Assembly (NCBI RefSeq): GCF_044324875.1
Contig: NZ_CP172185.1
Direction: 5' to 3' (one strand)
Length of the DNA stretch: 64,000 nucleotides
Source of the DNA: Escherichia coli
GTDB taxonomy: Bacteria > Pseudomonadota > Gammaproteobacteria > Enterobacterales > Enterobacteriaceae
The position numbers and the translations under genes are program-made. A model generated the notes under the pieces. That model was not told where the DNA came from, made no database searches, and worked only from the letters and a program-made list of their open reading frames with translations. Shown piece by piece: positions 49,430 through 63,400 of the stretch (within the stretch, counting starts at the first letter, position 1; each line of letters opens with the position of its first letter).

Positions 49430-50974
49430 TTATTCCACGATGAACAGCGGCTTACCAGTCATCTCTTGCGGGATTTCCATACCCATCAGCGACAACATGG
49501 TCGGCGCGATGTCAGAAAGTTTGCCGCCTTCAACCGCTTTCACGTTCTTATCACCAACGTAAATCAGCGGAACTGGCAGGTTGGTGTGTGCCGTGTGTGC
49601 CTGACCCGTTGCCGGATCGCGCATCTGTTCAGCGTTACCGTGGTCAGCGGTGATCAGCAGTTGTCCACCCACGGACTCAACCGCTTTCGCGACTTCTTCC
49701 ACGCAGTGATCCAGCGCTTCAACCGCTTTAACCGCCGCTTCCATCACCCCGGTGTGACCTACCATGTCGCCGTTCGGATAGTTACAGATAATGGTGTCGT
49801 ATTTGCCGCTCTTGATTGCCGCAACCAGTTTTTCGGTCAGCTCTGCGGAGCTCATTTCCGGTTGCAGATCGTAGGTAGCCACTTTCGGTGAGTTGATCAG
49901 AATGCGATCTTCGCCTTTGAACGACTCTTCTACGCCACCGTTGAAGAAGAAAGTAACGTGGGCATATTTTTCGGTTTCGGAAATACGCAACTGAGTTTTG
50001 TCGTTTTTCGCCATCCACTCGCCGAAGGTGTTAACCAGGGACGCTGGTGGGTAAGCAACCGCAGTTTTGATGTCAGCGGCGTATTCGGTCAGCATCACGA
50101 AATCGACGTTAACCACTTTCTTGCGCGCGAAGCCATCGAAATCAGCGTTCACGAATGCACGAGTGATTTCACGCGCGCGGTCAGCACGGAAGTTCATGAA
50201 AATCAGCGCATCGCCGTCTTCCATTGCCGCGTCTGGCTGACCTTCTGCACGAATAACGGTCGCTTTCACGAATTCGTCGTTTTCGTCGCGAGCATAAGCA
50301 GCCTGCAAACCAGCAACGGCGGTATCGGCCTGGAACTCACCCTGCGCCAGAGTCAGCAGGTCATAAGCTTTTTCAACGCGATCCCAGCGGTTATCGCGGT
50401 CCATGGCGTAGTAACGACCAATGATGGACGCTACGCGGCCTTTACCCAGCGCGGCAAATTTCTCTTCGAATTTTTTCAGCGAGGATTCAGCACTGCGCGG
50501 CGGAGTGTCGCGACCGTCAAGGAATGCGTGCAGGTAGATTTTTTCTGCGCCGCGTTCAGCGGCCAGTTCTACCATCGCCATGATGTGATCTTCGTGGCTG
50601 TGTACGCCGCCTGCGGAGAGCAGACCCATAATGTGAACTGCTTTGCCTGCGTTTTTCGCTTTATCTACCGCGCCAGTCAGTACCGGGTTAGCGAAGAAAG
50701 CGCGATCTTTGATTTCAACGTCCAGACGAGTCAGGTCCTGATACACGATGCGGCCGGCACCCAGGTTAACGTGACCTACTTCGGAGTTACCCATCTGACG
50801 GTCAGGCAGACCGACTTCCAGACCGGAAGCGTCGATCAGGGTATGCGGACGATTGGCCCACAGTGCATCCATTACCGGGGTTTTAGCACTAAAAATGGCG
50901 TTATCCTGCTGTTCTTCACGATAGCCATAGCCATCCAGAATCACCAGTACCATAGGTTTTTTAGAAACCGACAT
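49430..50974 (-). CDS. gpmI: 2,3-bisphosphoglycerate-independent phosphoglycerate mutase
   Basis: ORF track 49430-51118; start at internal ATG ([19 protein letters not shown]) giving 514 aa. Confidence 0.9.
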   Translation of the reverse strand: MSVSKKPMVLVILDGYGYREEQQDNAIFSAKTPVMDALWANRPHTLIDASGLEVGLPDRQMGNSEVGHVNLGAGRIVYQDLTRLDVEIKDRAFFANPVLTGAVDKAKNAGKAVHIMGLLSAGGVHSHEDHIMAMVELAAERGAEKIYLHAFLDGRDTPPRSAESSLKKFEEKFAALGKGRVASIIGRYYAMDRDNRWDRVEKAYDLLTLAQGEFQADTAVAGLQAAYARDENDEFVKATVIRAEGQPDAAMEDGDALIFMNFRADRAREITRAFVNADFDGFARKKVVNVDFVMLTEYAADIKTAVAYPPASLVNTFGEWMAKNDKTQLRISETEKYAHVTFFFNGGVEESFKGEDRILINSPKVATYDLQPEMSSAELTEKLVAAIKSGKYDTIICNYPNGDMVGHTGVMEAAVKAVEALDHCVEEVAKAVESVGGQLLITADHGNAEQMRDPATGQAHTAHTNLPVPLIYVGDKNVKAVEGGKLSDIAPTMLSLMGMEIPQEMTGKPLFIVE

Positions 50975-51218
50975 TGCGACAACCTCATACTCAAGAGTCA
51001 AAATTTGCGTAATTTTACTACAGCTGAATCGATAAAATAGCCTCTGAAGATCAAAATATACGACCGCTCGCAGCAAGCCGATGCCAGATTTGCGCTTTTT
51101 TTTCGTCGCGCCCCGCAAAATTGCATTCCAGTTAACGCGCTGGCTGTATTTGCCGCACCGCGCAGGTATACTCCTTTCCTGGTTTTTTTAATCACTACGT
51201 CGGGAGTTGTTACCCCCC

Positions 51219-51650
51219 ATGCAAGAAATTATGCAATTTGTTGGCCGTCATCCCATACTGAGTATCGCCTGGATCGCGTTACTGGTGGCGGTTCTTGTGA
51301 CTACGTTTAAGAGCCTGACCTCGAAAGTGAAGGTGATTACTCGTGGTGAAGCTACGCGTCTGATCAACAAAGAAGATGCTGTGGTTGTGGATTTACGTCA
51401 GCGTGATGACTTCCGTAAAGGCCATATCGCAGGTTCTATCAACCTGTTGCCGAGCGAAATCAAAGCCAACAATGTTGGTGAGCTTGAGAAGCACAAAGAC
51501 AAACCGGTTATCGTGGTAGACGGTTCTGGCATGCAGTGCCAGGAGCCTGCAAACGCGCTGACGAAAGCTGGTTTTGCGCAAGTATTCGTGCTGAAAGAGG
51601 GCGTTGTTGGCTGGGCTGGCGAAAACTTACCTCTGGTGCGCGGCAAATAA
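51219..51650 (+). CDS. yibN: rhodanese-domain protein YibN
   Basis: ORF track 51207-51650 (TTG); ATG at 51219 (MQEIMQFVG); N-terminal TM helix plus rhodanese domain. Confidence 0.8.
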   Translation: MQEIMQFVGRHPILSIAWIALLVAVLVTTFKSLTSKVKVITRGEATRLINKEDAVVVDLRQRDDFRKGHIAGSINLLPSEIKANNVGELEKHKDKPVIVVDGSGMQCQEPANALTKAGFAQVFVLKEGVVGWAGENLPLVRGK

Positions 51651-51791
51651 TTTACCTGTCGTCTTTCATGATGCAGGCCGTTAGCTGCAATTAGGCCCCC
51701 AGCGACTTATTGTTATAAGCTTCTGGGGACACTCCATTTTGCAGCCGCCCTGCAACAAGAAATTTCAGGGTAAAAAAACAGGAGCTAAGTT

Positions 51792-52043
51792 ATGGCCAAT
51801 GTTGAAATCTATACCAAAGAAACCTGCCCGTATTGCCATCGTGCGAAAGCACTGCTGAGCAGCAAGGGCGTGAGTTTTCAGGAGTTGCCGATCGATGGCA
51901 ACGCCGCTAAGCGTGAAGAGATGATCAAACGCAGCGGTCGCACCACGGTTCCCCAGATTTTTATTGACGCACAGCACATTGGCGGCTGTGATGACTTGTA
52001 TGCATTGGATGCACGTGGTGGACTGGATCCCCTGCTGAAATAA
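51792..52043 (+). CDS. grxC: glutaredoxin 3
   Basis: 83-aa ORF with CPYC active site. Confidence 0.9.
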
Positions 52044-52105
52044 CGTGTGAACGTTGGCATTACATTGCGCAGTATTTAAGGACAACACTTAAGGGTTTTC
52101 TACAC

Positions 52106-52573
52106 ATGTCAGAACAAAACAACACCGAAATGACTTTCCAGATCCAACGTATTTATACCAAGGATATTTCTTTCGAAGCGCCGAACGCGCCGCACGTTTT
52201 CCAGAAAGATTGGCAGCCAGAAGTTAAACTTGATCTGGATACGGCATCTTCTCAACTGGCAGATGACGTTTACGAAGTGGTACTGCGTGTTACCGTAACG
52301 GCCTCCCTGGGCGAAGAAACCGCGTTCCTGTGTGAAGTTCAGCAGGGCGGTATTTTCTCCATCGCGGGTATCGAAGGCACCCAGATGGCACATTGCCTGG
52401 GTGCATACTGCCCGAACATTCTGTTCCCGTATGCTCGTGAGTGCATCACCAGCATGGTATCCCGCGGTACATTCCCGCAACTGAACCTTGCGCCGGTTAA
52501 CTTCGATGCGCTGTTCATGAACTATTTGCAGCAGCAGGCTGGCGAAGGTACTGAAGAACATCAGGATGCCTGA
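52106..52573 (+). CDS. secB: protein-export chaperone SecB
   Basis: 155-aa [29 protein letters not shown]. Confidence 0.9.
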
Positions 52574-53592
52574 TGAACCAACGTAATGCTTCAATGACTG
52601 TGATCGGTGCCGGCTCGTACGGCACCGCTCTTGCCATCACCCTGGCAAGAAATGGCCACGAGGTTGTCCTCTGGGGCCATGACCCTGAACATATCGCAAC
52701 GCTTGAACGCGACCGCTGTAACGCCGCGTTTCTCCCCGATGTGCCTTTTCCCGATACGCTCCATCTTGAAAGCGATCTCGCCACTGCGCTGGCAGCCAGC
52801 CGTAATATTCTCGTCGTCGTACCCAGCCATGTCTTTGGTGAAGTGCTGCGTCAGATTAAACCGCTGATGCGTCCTGATGCGCGTCTGGTGTGGGCGACCA
52901 AAGGGCTGGAAGCGGAAACCGGGCGTCTGTTGCAGGACGTGGCGCGTGAGGCGTTAGGCGATCAAATTCCGCTGGCGGTTATCTCTGGCCCAACGTTTGC
53001 GAAAGAACTGGCAGCAGGTTTACCGACGGCTATTTCGCTGGCCTCTACCGACCAGACCTTTGCTGATGATCTCCAGCAGCTGCTGCACTGCGGCAAAAGT
53101 TTCCGCGTTTACAGCAATCCGGATTTCATCGGTGTGCAGCTTGGCGGCGCGGTGAAAAACGTCATTGCCATTGGCGCGGGAATGTCCGACGGTATCGGTT
53201 TTGGTGCGAATGCGCGTACGGCGCTGATCACTCGTGGGCTGGCTGAGATGTCGCGTCTTGGCGCGGCGCTGGGTGCCGATCCTGCCACCTTTATGGGCAT
53301 GGCGGGGCTGGGCGATCTGGTGCTTACCTGTACCGACAACCAGTCGCGTAACCGCCGTTTTGGCATGATGCTCGGTCAGGGCATGGATGTACAAAGCGCG
53401 CAGGAGAAGATTGGTCAGGTGGTGGAAGGCTACCGCAATACGAAAGAAGTCCGCGAACTGGCGCATCGCTTCGGCGTTGAAATGCCAATAACCGAGGAAA
53501 TTTATCAAGTATTATATTGCGGAAAAAACGCGCACGAGGCAGCATTGACGTTATTAGGGCGTGCACGCAAGGACGAGCGCAGTAGCCACTAA
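52573..53592 (+). CDS. gpsA: NAD(P)H-dependent glycerol-3-phosphate dehydrogenase
   Basis: 339-aa ORF; ATG overlaps secB TGA (TGATG). Confidence 0.9.
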   Translation: MNQRNASMTVIGAGSYGTALAITLARNGHEVVLWGHDPEHIATLERDRCNAAFLPDVPFPDTLHLESDLATALAASRNILVVVPSHVFGEVLRQIKPLMRPDARLVWATKGLEAETGRLLQDVAREALGDQIPLAVISGPTFAKELAAGLPTAISLASTDQTFADDLQQLLHCGKSFRVYSNPDFIGVQLGGAVKNVIAIGAGMSDGIGFGANARTALITRGLAEMSRLGAALGADPATFMGMAGLGDLVLTCTDNQSRNRRFGMMLGQGMDVQSAQEKIGQVVEGYRNTKEVRELAHRFGVEMPITEEIYQVLYCGKNAHEAALTLLGRARKDERSSH

Positions 53593-53671
53593 ACCCAGGG
53601 AACCTTTGTTACCGCTATGACCCGGCCCGCGCAGAACGGGCCGGTCATTATCTCATCGTGTGGAGTAAGCA

Positions 53672-54493
53672 ATGTCGTGTGAAGAACTGGAAATTGTCTG
53701 GAACAATATTAAAGCCGAAGCCAGAACGCTGGCGGATTGTGAGCCAATGCTGGCCAGTTTTTACCACGCGACGCTACTCAAGCACGAAAACCTGGGCAGT
53801 GCACTGAGCTACATGCTGGCGAACAAGCTGTCATCGCCAATTATGCCTGCCATTGCTATCCGCGAAGTGGTGGAAGAGGCCTACGCCGCCGACCCGGAAA
53901 TGATCGCTTCTGCGGCCTGTGATATTCAGGCAGTGCGTACCCGCGACCCGGCGGTGGATAAATACTCGACTCCATTGTTATATCTGAAAGGTTTTCATGC
54001 CTTGCAGGCCTATCGTATCGGTCACTGGCTGTGGAATCAGGGCCGCCGCGCACTGGCAATATTTCTGCAAAACCAGGTTTCTGTAACGTTCCAGGTTGAT
54101 ATTCACCCGGCAGCAAAAATTGGCCGCGGTATCATGCTTGACCACGCCACGGGCATCGTTGTGGGTGAAACGGCGGTGATTGAAAACGACGTATCGATTC
54201 TGCAATCTGTGACGCTTGGCGGTACGGGTAAATCTGGTGGCGACCGTCATCCGAAAATTCGTGAAGGTGTGATGATTGGCGCGGGCGCGAAAATCCTCGG
54301 CAATATTGAAGTTGGGCGCGGCGCGAAGATTGGCGCAGGTTCCGTGGTGCTGCAACCGGTGCCGCCGCATACCACCGCCGCTGGCGTTCCGGCACGCATT
54401 GTCGGCAAGCCGGATAGCGATAAACCGTCAATGGATATGGATCAGCATTTCAACGGTATTAACCATACGTTTGAATATGGGGATGGGATCTGA
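53672..54493 (+). CDS. cysE: serine O-acetyltransferase
   Basis: 273-aa ORF with hexapeptide-repeat C-terminal half. Confidence 0.9.
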   Translation: MSCEELEIVWNNIKAEARTLADCEPMLASFYHATLLKHENLGSALSYMLANKLSSPIMPAIAIREVVEEAYAADPEMIASAACDIQAVRTRDPAVDKYSTPLLYLKGFHALQAYRIGHWLWNQGRRALAIFLQNQVSVTFQVDIHPAAKIGRGIMLDHATGIVVGETAVIENDVSILQSVTLGGTGKSGGDRHPKIREGVMIGAGAKILGNIEVGRGAKIGAGSVVLQPVPPHTTAAGVPARIVGKPDSDKPSMDMDQHFNGINHTFEYGDGI

Positions 54494-54575
54494 CGTCCTG
54501 TGATTGTGCCGGATGCGATGTAATTGAACTGCACCCCAAATGTTGGACATAATCTGACATCTGAAGGTGCAGTTT

Positions 54576-55097
54576 ATGAAACATTCATTTGAAGTAAAAC
54601 TTGCCGCTGTAAATCACTACCTGGCCGGTCATGCAGGCATCATTTCTACGGCAAAACTCTTTCAACTTTCTCACACCAGCCTCTCACACTGGATTAATCT
54701 TTTTCTTCTTCACGGTCCTCGGGCACTGGATTGCAGACACAAGCGTAGCTATTCTCCTGAAGATAAACTTTGCGTGGTTCTTTATGCTCTCGGGCATTCT
54801 GAGTCTCTACCCCGGGTAGCTGCCCGGTTTAACATTCCCAGCCACAACACGGTTAAAAACTGGATAAAAGGCTACCGCAAATCTGGTAATGAGGCCTTTA
54901 TCAGGCGCTGGAAGGAGAAAAGCATGACCCGTTCTGATGATACCCATGAAAACGAGGCAAACATGACGCCGGAAGAGATGAAGAATGAGCTGCGTTATCT
55001 TCGCGCAGAAAATGCATATCTGAAAGCCATGCAGGAGCATCTCCTGGAAAAAAAGCGCCAGGAGCTGGAGAAAAAACGAAAGTCATCCGGAGCCTGA
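54576..55097 (+). CDS. IS3-family transposase OrfA (HTH/leucine-zipper part)
   Basis: ORF track 54567-55097 (GTG); ATG at 54576 with AAGGTG RBS; product MKHSFEVKLAAVNHY... Confidence 0.8.
   Translation: MKHSFEVKLAAVNHYLAGHAGIISTAKLFQLSHTSLSHWINLFLLHGPRALDCRHKRSYSPEDKLCVVLYALGHSESLPRVAARFNIPSHNTVKNWIKGYRKSGNEAFIRRWKEKSMTRSDDTHENEANMTPEEMKNELRYLRAENAYLKAMQEHLLEKKRQELEKKRKSSGA
55049..55055 (+). other. programmed -1 ribosomal frameshift slippery heptamer A_AAA_AAG (OrfA to OrfB)
   Basis: AAAAAAG lies in the orfA zero frame within the 54950-55097 overlap with the orfB frame. Confidence 0.6.
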
Positions 55098-55201
55098 GGT
55101 GCGGACACTGCCAGTCTGACCTGTTAAAGGCTGCAGGGCTGGCCAGAAGCACGCTGTACTACCAGCTGTCACTGCAGAAGGCTAAGGACAAGTATGCTGA
55201 T

Positions 55202-55956
<755 letters not shown>

Positions 55957-55980
55957 AATCATCTATCCGGCATACAGTAA

Positions 55981-56454
55981 CTAATCTCTCAACACCGCTC
56001 CCGGATATCCCAGCTGCCGCCAGGCTTCATACACCACGACCGACACCGCATTGGACAGGTTCATGCTGCGGCTGTCCGGCACCATTGGAATGCGAATTTT
56101 TTGTTCAGCGGGCAGGGCATCGAGAATGCTTGCTGGCAGGCCGCGCGTTTCCGGGCCGAACATCAGATAATCGCCATCCTGATAGCTTACGGCGCTGTGA
56201 GCAGGCGTACCTTTCGTGGTGAGGGCAAACAGGCGCTGGGGATTTTCTGCTTCGAGGAACGCGCGATAGTCATGATGACGCGTAACGGCGGTAAACTCGT
56301 GATAGTCCAGCCCCGCGCGGCGCAGGCGCTTATCGTCCCAGGCAAATCCCATCGGTTCGATGATATGCAGACGAAAGCCGGTATTAGCGCAAAGACGGAT
56401 GATGTTGCCAGTATTTGGCGGAATTTCTGGTTCGTAAAGTACGATGTTTAGCAT
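55981..56454 (-). CDS. trmL: tRNA (cytidine/uridine-2'-O)-methyltransferase TrmL
   Basis: 157-aa SPOUT-family [29 protein letters not shown]. Confidence 0.9.
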   Translation of the reverse strand: MLNIVLYEPEIPPNTGNIIRLCANTGFRLHIIEPMGFAWDDKRLRRAGLDYHEFTAVTRHHDYRAFLEAENPQRLFALTTKGTPAHSAVSYQDGDYLMFGPETRGLPASILDALPAEQKIRIPMVPDSRSMNLSNAVSVVVYEAWRQLGYPGAVLRD

Positions 56455-56526
56455 ACTGCCCCCTTAGTGCGGGGGCAGGATAGCAGAAAATTGGTGATTG
56501 GTACGGCCTTTTCCCCTCACCCCCAA

Positions 56527-57717
56527 CTATGCCGCATTCCCTTTCGCCATCGGAGCCAGTGCCGCAGGCAACTCTTTACCCAGCCCTTGCACCAGCGAAT
56601 CTTGCGTAATTTCACTGATCGATTTCGCGCCAGTCAGCGTCATTGCCACTTTCATCTCTTTCTCGATTAGATTAAGCAGATTTGCCACGCCCGCCTGGCC
56701 CGCTGTTGCCAGCGCATACAGGAAAGCACGACCCAGCAGTACGGTGTCGGCACCGAGCGCAATCATACGCACGACATCAAGCCCGTTACGAATCCCGCTA
56801 TCCGCCAGAATGGCGATATCACCTTTCACGGCATCCGCAATAGCAGGCAGTGCACGGGCAGAAGAGAGCACACCGTCCAGCTGGCGGCCACCGTGGTTAG
56901 AAACCACAATTCCATCAGCACCAAAACGTACTGCATCGCGCGCATCTTCCGGATCGAGGATCCCTTTGATCACCATCGGGCCATCCCAGAAATCGCGGAT
57001 CCACTCAAGGTCTTTCCATGAGATGGACGGATCGAAATTATTCCCCAGCCAGCCGATGTAATCTTCCAGTCCGGTCGGTTTGCCGAGGTAAGCCGAGATA
57101 TTACCTAAATCATGTGGACGACCGTTCAGGCCCACATCCCACGCCCATTGCGGATGCGTCACCGCCTGTAAGTAACGGCGCATTGCCGCATTTGGGCCGC
57201 TCATACCCGAGTGTGCATCACGGTAACGCGCGCCCGGTGTCGGCATATCCACGGTGAAAACCAGCGTCGAGCAGCCTGCCGCTTTTGCTCGCTCCAGTGC
57301 GTTACGCATAAAGCCGCGATCGCGCAGCACATAAAGCTGGAACCACATCGGACGTTTGATAGCTGGAGCGACTTCTTCAATCGGGCAAACGGAAACCGTC
57401 GAGAGAGTAAACGGAATGCCATGCGCATCCGCCGCTTTGGCAGCCTGAACTTCGCCACGACGCGCATACATGCCACACAAACCCACCGGAGCCAGCGCCA
57501 CCGGCATCGACAATTTCTCATTAAACAGCGTCGTTTCCAGGCTTAAGTCAGACATGTTTTTCAGAATACGCTGGCGCAGCGCCACTTCTGACAAATCTTC
57601 CACGTTGCGGCGCAGCGTGTATTCAGAATATGCACCCCCATCCATATAGTGGAACAGGAACGGCGGCAGAATGCGTTGTGCTGCGGCGCGATAATCGCTG
57701 GCTGCGGAAATAATCAT
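56527..57717 (-). CDS. lldD: L-lactate dehydrogenase (FMN-dependent)
   Basis: 396-aa [33 protein letters not shown]. Confidence 0.9.
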
Positions 57718-58490
57718 GCGTTTTTCTCCCTCGAATGCTCATTATGGTCACCAGGCAGGCGGGTAATGCGTGCATGGCGAGCTTGATCTTCATCGAATCG
57801 TTTCATGGTAGTGTGAACAAAGCTAAGGTGCGCCATCATTGCTTTACGCGCCCCGTCAGCATCACCGGCAAAAATGGCGTCAATGACTGCCTGATGTTGT
57901 TCGGTCAGCTGTGAAAAAACCGGGGGTACCAGATACATCCGCTGGCGGCTATGCTTCACAGAGGATTGCAGGACATCGAAGAAACCGCGCATGGTTTGCA
58001 GCAGCACGATGTTATGTGAGGCTTCGGCAATCGCCAGATGAAAACGAACGTCCGCTTGTGAGGCGAGATCCGGGTCTTCACTTAGCGTTGCTTCAAAGCA
58101 AAGCTGAATTTTCTCTTTTTCGCCTGGTGTGGCGCGCATTGCCGCATGCCACGCGGTGCTGGCTTCAATGGCGTAGCGGGCTTCCAGAATATCGAAACTG
58201 TAATCCGGATCATCGGCCATCAGCGTTTTCAGCGGCTGGACGATGTTTTGCTCCGACCATGTGTCATGACGCCAGCGAATAAACGTCCCGCCGCCGCGTC
58301 GACTAAGCAGCACGCCTTCGCTCACCAGTTTTGCCAGCGCCTCGCGCAGTGAATTACGCGATACGCCGAGTTGCATCGCCAGTTGACGTTCAGCGGGCAA
58401 CTTCATGCCCGCCTCCAGGTTTTTTTCATCAATCAGCGCCCGCACACGATCGGCAACCTCGTCTGACAGGCGTCTGGGTAAAACAATCAT
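57714..58490 (-). CDS. lldR: GntR-family regulator of the lld operon
   Basis: ORF track 57714-58505; start at ATG ([16 protein letters not shown]) overlapping lldP stop by 1 nt; 3' end overlaps lldD start by 4 nt. Confidence 0.85.
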
Positions 58491-60145
58491 TAAGGAATCA
58501 TCCACGTTAAGACATAAGCCTGAAGCGTGGTGATCACGCCCACCATACAGGTGAAGATCAGGCTGTGTTTGACGGTAAAGCGGAACAGATCTGACTCTTT
58601 GCCTACCAGGCCTACCGCCGCACAGGCGATAGCGATAGATTGCGGAGAGATCATCTTACCGGTGACACCACCGGTGGTGTTGGCGGCAACCAACAACAGG
58701 TCAGAAACGCCAATTTGTTGTGCTGCAGTGGCTTGCAGGGCGGCGAACAGGGCGTTAGATGAGGTATCCGATCCGGTCAGGAAGACACCAAGCCAGCCGA
58801 GGAACGGCGAGAAGAAGGTGAATGCATGGCCGGTGTGCGCCAGTGCCAGCGCCAGCGTTGATGATAGTCCGGAATAGTTCGAGATAAAGGCGAACGCCAG
58901 CACCATACCGATGGAGTAGATAGGCAGAGCCAGTTCTTTCAGCGTGCTGCCGAAGGTGCTGATAGCGTCAGATGGTTTCATCTTCAGCCAGACAATCGAG
59001 AGCAGGGCAGCAAAAAGAATGGCGGTACCGGTGGCAGAGAACCAGTCGAACTTAAACACGGCGGCATACGCTGTCGCTTCGCTGACCACTGGCGGCATAC
59101 GGGCAACCAGTTTATCGAGGTACGGCACCGGAATATTGATCACCCATTCATACAGCGCACCACCCGAAGCGAACAGGGCTTTAAACGGTGGAATACTCCA
59201 CAGCGTTACGGTGGCGGTCAGGAACAGGAACGGTGTCCAGGCGCGAAGCACCTGACCTGCGGTGTAACCGGTGTGAGCCAGCGTCATATCAACCTGTGAC
59301 GCCCCCAAGTCACCGAAGCGGAATACGCGCACTGGTTGCCAGCGTTTGAGGAACAGCGTCAGGCAGAGCAGTGATACCAGCGAAGAGATAATGTCTGGCA
59401 GTTCCGGCCCAATGAAGTTAGAGCTGAGGTATTGAGCAATGGCAAACGAACCACCTGCAACCACGACCGCAGGCCACGTCTCTTTGATACCGCGCCAACC
59501 GTCCATAATCGCCATGATCCAGAACAGCACGATAATGGTCATAAACGGCAGCTGACGCCCCACCATCTGACCAATCTCAAAGCTGTCGATGCCTGTTACC
59601 TGCCCGGCGACCAGAATCGGAATACCCATCGCGCCAAATGCCACTGGCGCGGTGTTAACAATCAGGCACAGTCCGGCGGCGTACAGTGGTTTAAAGCCCA
59701 GACCGACCAGTAATGCGGCGGTAATTGCTACCGGTGCGCCAAAGCCTGCGGCTCCTTCAAGGAAAGCGCCGAAACAGAAACCGACGATCAGCATTTGCAG
59801 GCGCTGGTCAGGGGTTATCGAAAGAATAGACGAGCGGATGATGTCAAACTGCCCGGTTTTCACCGAGATCTTATAGACGAACACTGCCGCAATAATGATC
59901 CACGCGATGGGCCACAAACCGTAGAAGAAGCCATAAATCACCGAGGCCAGCGCGTTAGCGACCGGCATTTTATAGAACAGCAAAGCCACGGCAAGGGCGA
60001 TTGCCACCGTCCATGAGGCGGCGACATAACCTTTGAGTTTGAGCTTAATCAGCGCAAAGAAGAAAAACAGGATGGGAAGCGATGCTATCAGGCTGGAAAG
60101 CCAGATATTCCCGGCGGGATCGTAGTTTTGTTGCCAGAGATTCAT
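58490..60145 (-). CDS. lldP: L-lactate permease
   Basis: ORF track 58490-60172; start at [15 protein letters not shown] giving 551 aa. Confidence 0.9.
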   Translation of the reverse strand: MNLWQQNYDPAGNIWLSSLIASLPILFFFFALIKLKLKGYVAASWTVAIALAVALLFYKMPVANALASVIYGFFYGLWPIAWIIIAAVFVYKISVKTGQFDIIRSSILSITPDQRLQMLIVGFCFGAFLEGAAGFGAPVAITAALLVGLGFKPLYAAGLCLIVNTAPVAFGAMGIPILVAGQVTGIDSFEIGQMVGRQLPFMTIIVLFWIMAIMDGWRGIKETWPAVVVAGGSFAIAQYLSSNFIGPELPDIISSLVSLLCLTLFLKRWQPVRVFRFGDLGASQVDMTLAHTGYTAGQVLRAWTPFLFLTATVTLWSIPPFKALFASGGALYEWVINIPVPYLDKLVARMPPVVSEATAYAAVFKFDWFSATGTAILFAALLSIVWLKMKPSDAISTFGSTLKELALPIYSIGMVLAFAFISNYSGLSSTLALALAHTGHAFTFFSPFLGWLGVFLTGSDTSSNALFAALQATAAQQIGVSDLLLVAANTTGGVTGKMISPQSIAIACAAVGLVGKESDLFRFTVKHSLIFTCMVGVITTLQAYVLTWMIP

Positions 60146-60380
60146 TGCAGGTCTCCTGGAGTCCACGCACATCGTGTAATGAGTCTGATGCTCATCTCCT
60201 TGTCACACGTTGTGTAAAAGTGGTACTGCCAATTGTGTTGTGTAGGGATAATGACAATGAATGGTTAACTAAATGTTATGCATTGGCAACATTGATGTGA
60301 GTTTTAATTGGAGATCTGTGAACCAGAGGTCAGATAAGCGAAGAATTGGTAGGGCCAATCTTGGTGGAGGGAGATGTCTG

Positions 60381-60417
60381 GTAAAGAAAAGGGCAATCCT
60401 CATCAGAGAATTGCCCT
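60381..60417 (-). terminator. intrinsic terminator downstream of the adhesin gene (minus strand)
   Basis: AGGGCAAT / ATTGCCCT stem; on the minus strand the hairpin is followed by TTTTCTTTAC. Confidence 0.5.
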
Positions 60418-60441
60418 TAGTCACACTAAGTTAATGGATCA

Positions 60442-63400
60442 TTACCACTGAATACCGGCACCGAGTGCGGCGGAGTATTCACCCTGGCTATTGGTACTAC
60501 CTTGTAATTTGTAGACCCAACGACCATTGGCGCTCACCATCGACACACCTAAAGCAACAGCCGATTCACCATTGTAAGTACCGCCACCAATAGAGGCCAT
60601 GCTGGCACCTGGAGTGTAAGCCTGCGGCAGACCGGTCATTGCCATTGCAGAAGCGATACCACCGCTCAACTTGCTTTCGGTTTTGGACAGTTTGTTATCC
60701 ATCTCAACCATCCGCTGATCGGTGTATTGCTTCGTTTCCTGCACGCTTTGCTTCAACTGCGCATAGTTCACTGCGTCGTTGTTGTTGACGCCAGCAGAGA
60801 CGTTGCTGATGCGAGTCGTACCGCCATTACCACCACCGAGAGTGATGTTGCTGTAGTCTATAGAACCATCAGCTTTGGTGTCGTAACGAACGCCGCCTGC
60901 CTCAGAAGACTTCAGCTGCGAAACGTTAACCGCATCGGTGGCATTAACACCTGCAGCAACGTTGGTGATACGACGCTGGTTGGTAGAAGAACCCACAGAG
61001 ATGGTGTTTTCTTCGTTGGCCACGGAACCGGTACCCAGCGCGACGCTGTTGTCAGCGGCAGCAATGGAACCAGAACCAATTGCAACACTGTCTTTACCCT
61101 GCGCGTTGGCATCTACGCCATCGGTGTTGGTCTTGAAGTATTTGGTGCTACCGGTGGTTACGATATCGCCAATGCCGTTTTCGATATTGGTAACGCGAGT
61201 ATCCAGATTCGTCACCTGATTGTTCAGGTTAGTAATGCTCTGGGTATTCTGGGAAACCTGCGCGTCCGTTACTTTCAACTGACCCACGTTAACCGCATCG
61301 GTATCAGCCGAACCAGCCGCGACGTTGGTGATCTGACGTTGACCGTCTTCACTGCCGACAGAGAACTCACCCACAGAGTTCTGCGGTGCGTCCATGTTGT
61401 AGGCGGCGTAGCCAGTTTGAGCACCACGAGTCGTCTGTGAGCCATTACCCATAGCAATGCTGTTTGCATGGTTTGCACGCGCGTTGCTACCGATAGCAAT
61501 GCCATTAAGTGCATTCGCGTCCACGTAGGCACCATAACCGATACCAATACCCGCATTACCATTAACGATAGTTTTCGCGCCCATTGCTAGCGAGTCTTCA
61601 CCTACTGCCAGTGAATCTTCTTCCGTTGAGTTGGCGTGGAAGTATTTGGTCGGCGTGGTAGCGACTGCACCAATGGCATTTTGCAACTGGCGAACCGTAA
61701 CGGCGTCATGGGCTTCGGAACCATCGGCTACGTTGATGATTTGACGATATTTACCGTCATCACCAATAGACAACGCACCAAGTAGTTCGCCATCCGTGGT
61801 GTCATAACCAATCACAACACCTTCTTCCGACACGCTGGTGTCACGAGAACCTTTAACTATTACACGGCTGGAAACGGAACTGCTACCCAGGGCGATACCC
61901 GTATCAACGGAGCTGCTGCTACCTTGACCAATGGCTACGCTGCTTTCGCCTGAGGCGACAGCGTTATAACCCACAGCCGTAGCGCCAATACCTGAAGCGC
62001 TGGCATCGTTGAACGCTAAGCCGTTGTCGTTGGTACGTACATAGTTAATGTCCGCACCGTTATCTTCGATGTAGGTTTCGCTGGTGTTACCGGCAAGCTG
62101 ATTGATGATTTCGCTGTTCTGCTGGATCAGCATATTGGTGTTAAACAGCTGAGAACCGTTGATGGCGTCAGTGCTGCCTTCGCCAATGTTACCATCAGCA
62201 ACATTTGTGATGATGCTGGCCTTGCCGTCATGGCTGGCGTTGTAGGCACCTGCGCCGTCATTGGCTGTTGCATCCCACAGCAGAGCGTTATCGTCGAGCG
62301 CATCCAGGGCGTCACCGACGTTGTTGTACTCGGCATTTGCAATGGTGTAACTCGGCGCAGTGATAGTGCCATCAGCGTTGACTTCTGCGTCACCACCCAG
62401 CGCATCAGCGATGTACTTGTTGGTGGTATACAGTTGTGAACCGTTAATGGCATCGCTGCTGGTGGAGGAAATTGCACCGTTAGCGACGTTAGTGATTACA
62501 CTGGCTGTTTTATCTTTTCCGTGAGCGGCGCTAAATGCACCATTACCATCATTGGCTGTGGCATCCCACAGCAGGGCGTCATCCAGCGTGGTATCGATCG
62601 CTTCCAGCGCGTCACCGACGTTGCTGTAACTGCCGCCAGCGATGGCATAAGTCGGTGCGGTGATTGTGCCGTCAGCATTGACTTCTGCGTCACCACCCAG
62701 AGTATCGGCAATGTACTTGCTGGTGTCATAGAGCTGTGAGCCGTTAATAGCGTCGCTGCTGGTAGAGGAAATTGCACCGTCTGCAACATTAGTAATGATG
62801 CTGGCCGTGTTATCTTTTCCGCGACCGGCGCTAAACGCACCGTCACCGCCCTTGGCGGTCGCATCCCAGAGTAGGGCGTCACCCAGTGATGTGCTAAATG
62901 ACGTGTTAATGGCAGCCAGAGCATCACCGACGTTATTGTAGTCAGTACCACCAATAGTGTAGGTTGGCCCGGTTAATACACCCGCATCACTGATATCAGC
63001 ACCACCGCCAAGGTATGACGTAAATGAATCAGCTAAGCCATAAAGTTGTGAGCCATTAATGGCGTCAGTGCTATCAGAGGATACCGTGCCTGCCAGTAAG
63101 TTGGTGATTTTGCTGTCAGTACCGTTGGTGCCGTGTTTGGCACTGAATGCACCCGCCGTAGCGTTCCACAGCAGGGAATCGTCACCGAGACTGTCAACAG
63201 CGTCAGTCAGGTTGGTGATGTTGGTGGTGTTCGTGGCGATATTGGTGGTGTTGGTTGCCACGGCATCGTTAGTGGTTTTCAGCTGAGAGCCGTTTACCGC
63301 GTCAGTGCTGCCAGCCGTCAGGTCACCGTCTTTGACGTTGGTGATTTTGCTGGTGGCTTCGGTACCGTGCGCGGCGCTGAATGCACCCGCCGTAGCGTTC

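Noticed and set aside
49007-51040. 294-aa and 360-aa plus-strand ORFs
   Set aside because: Antisense to envC and gpmI; no RBS or operon context, conserved genes on the opposite strand
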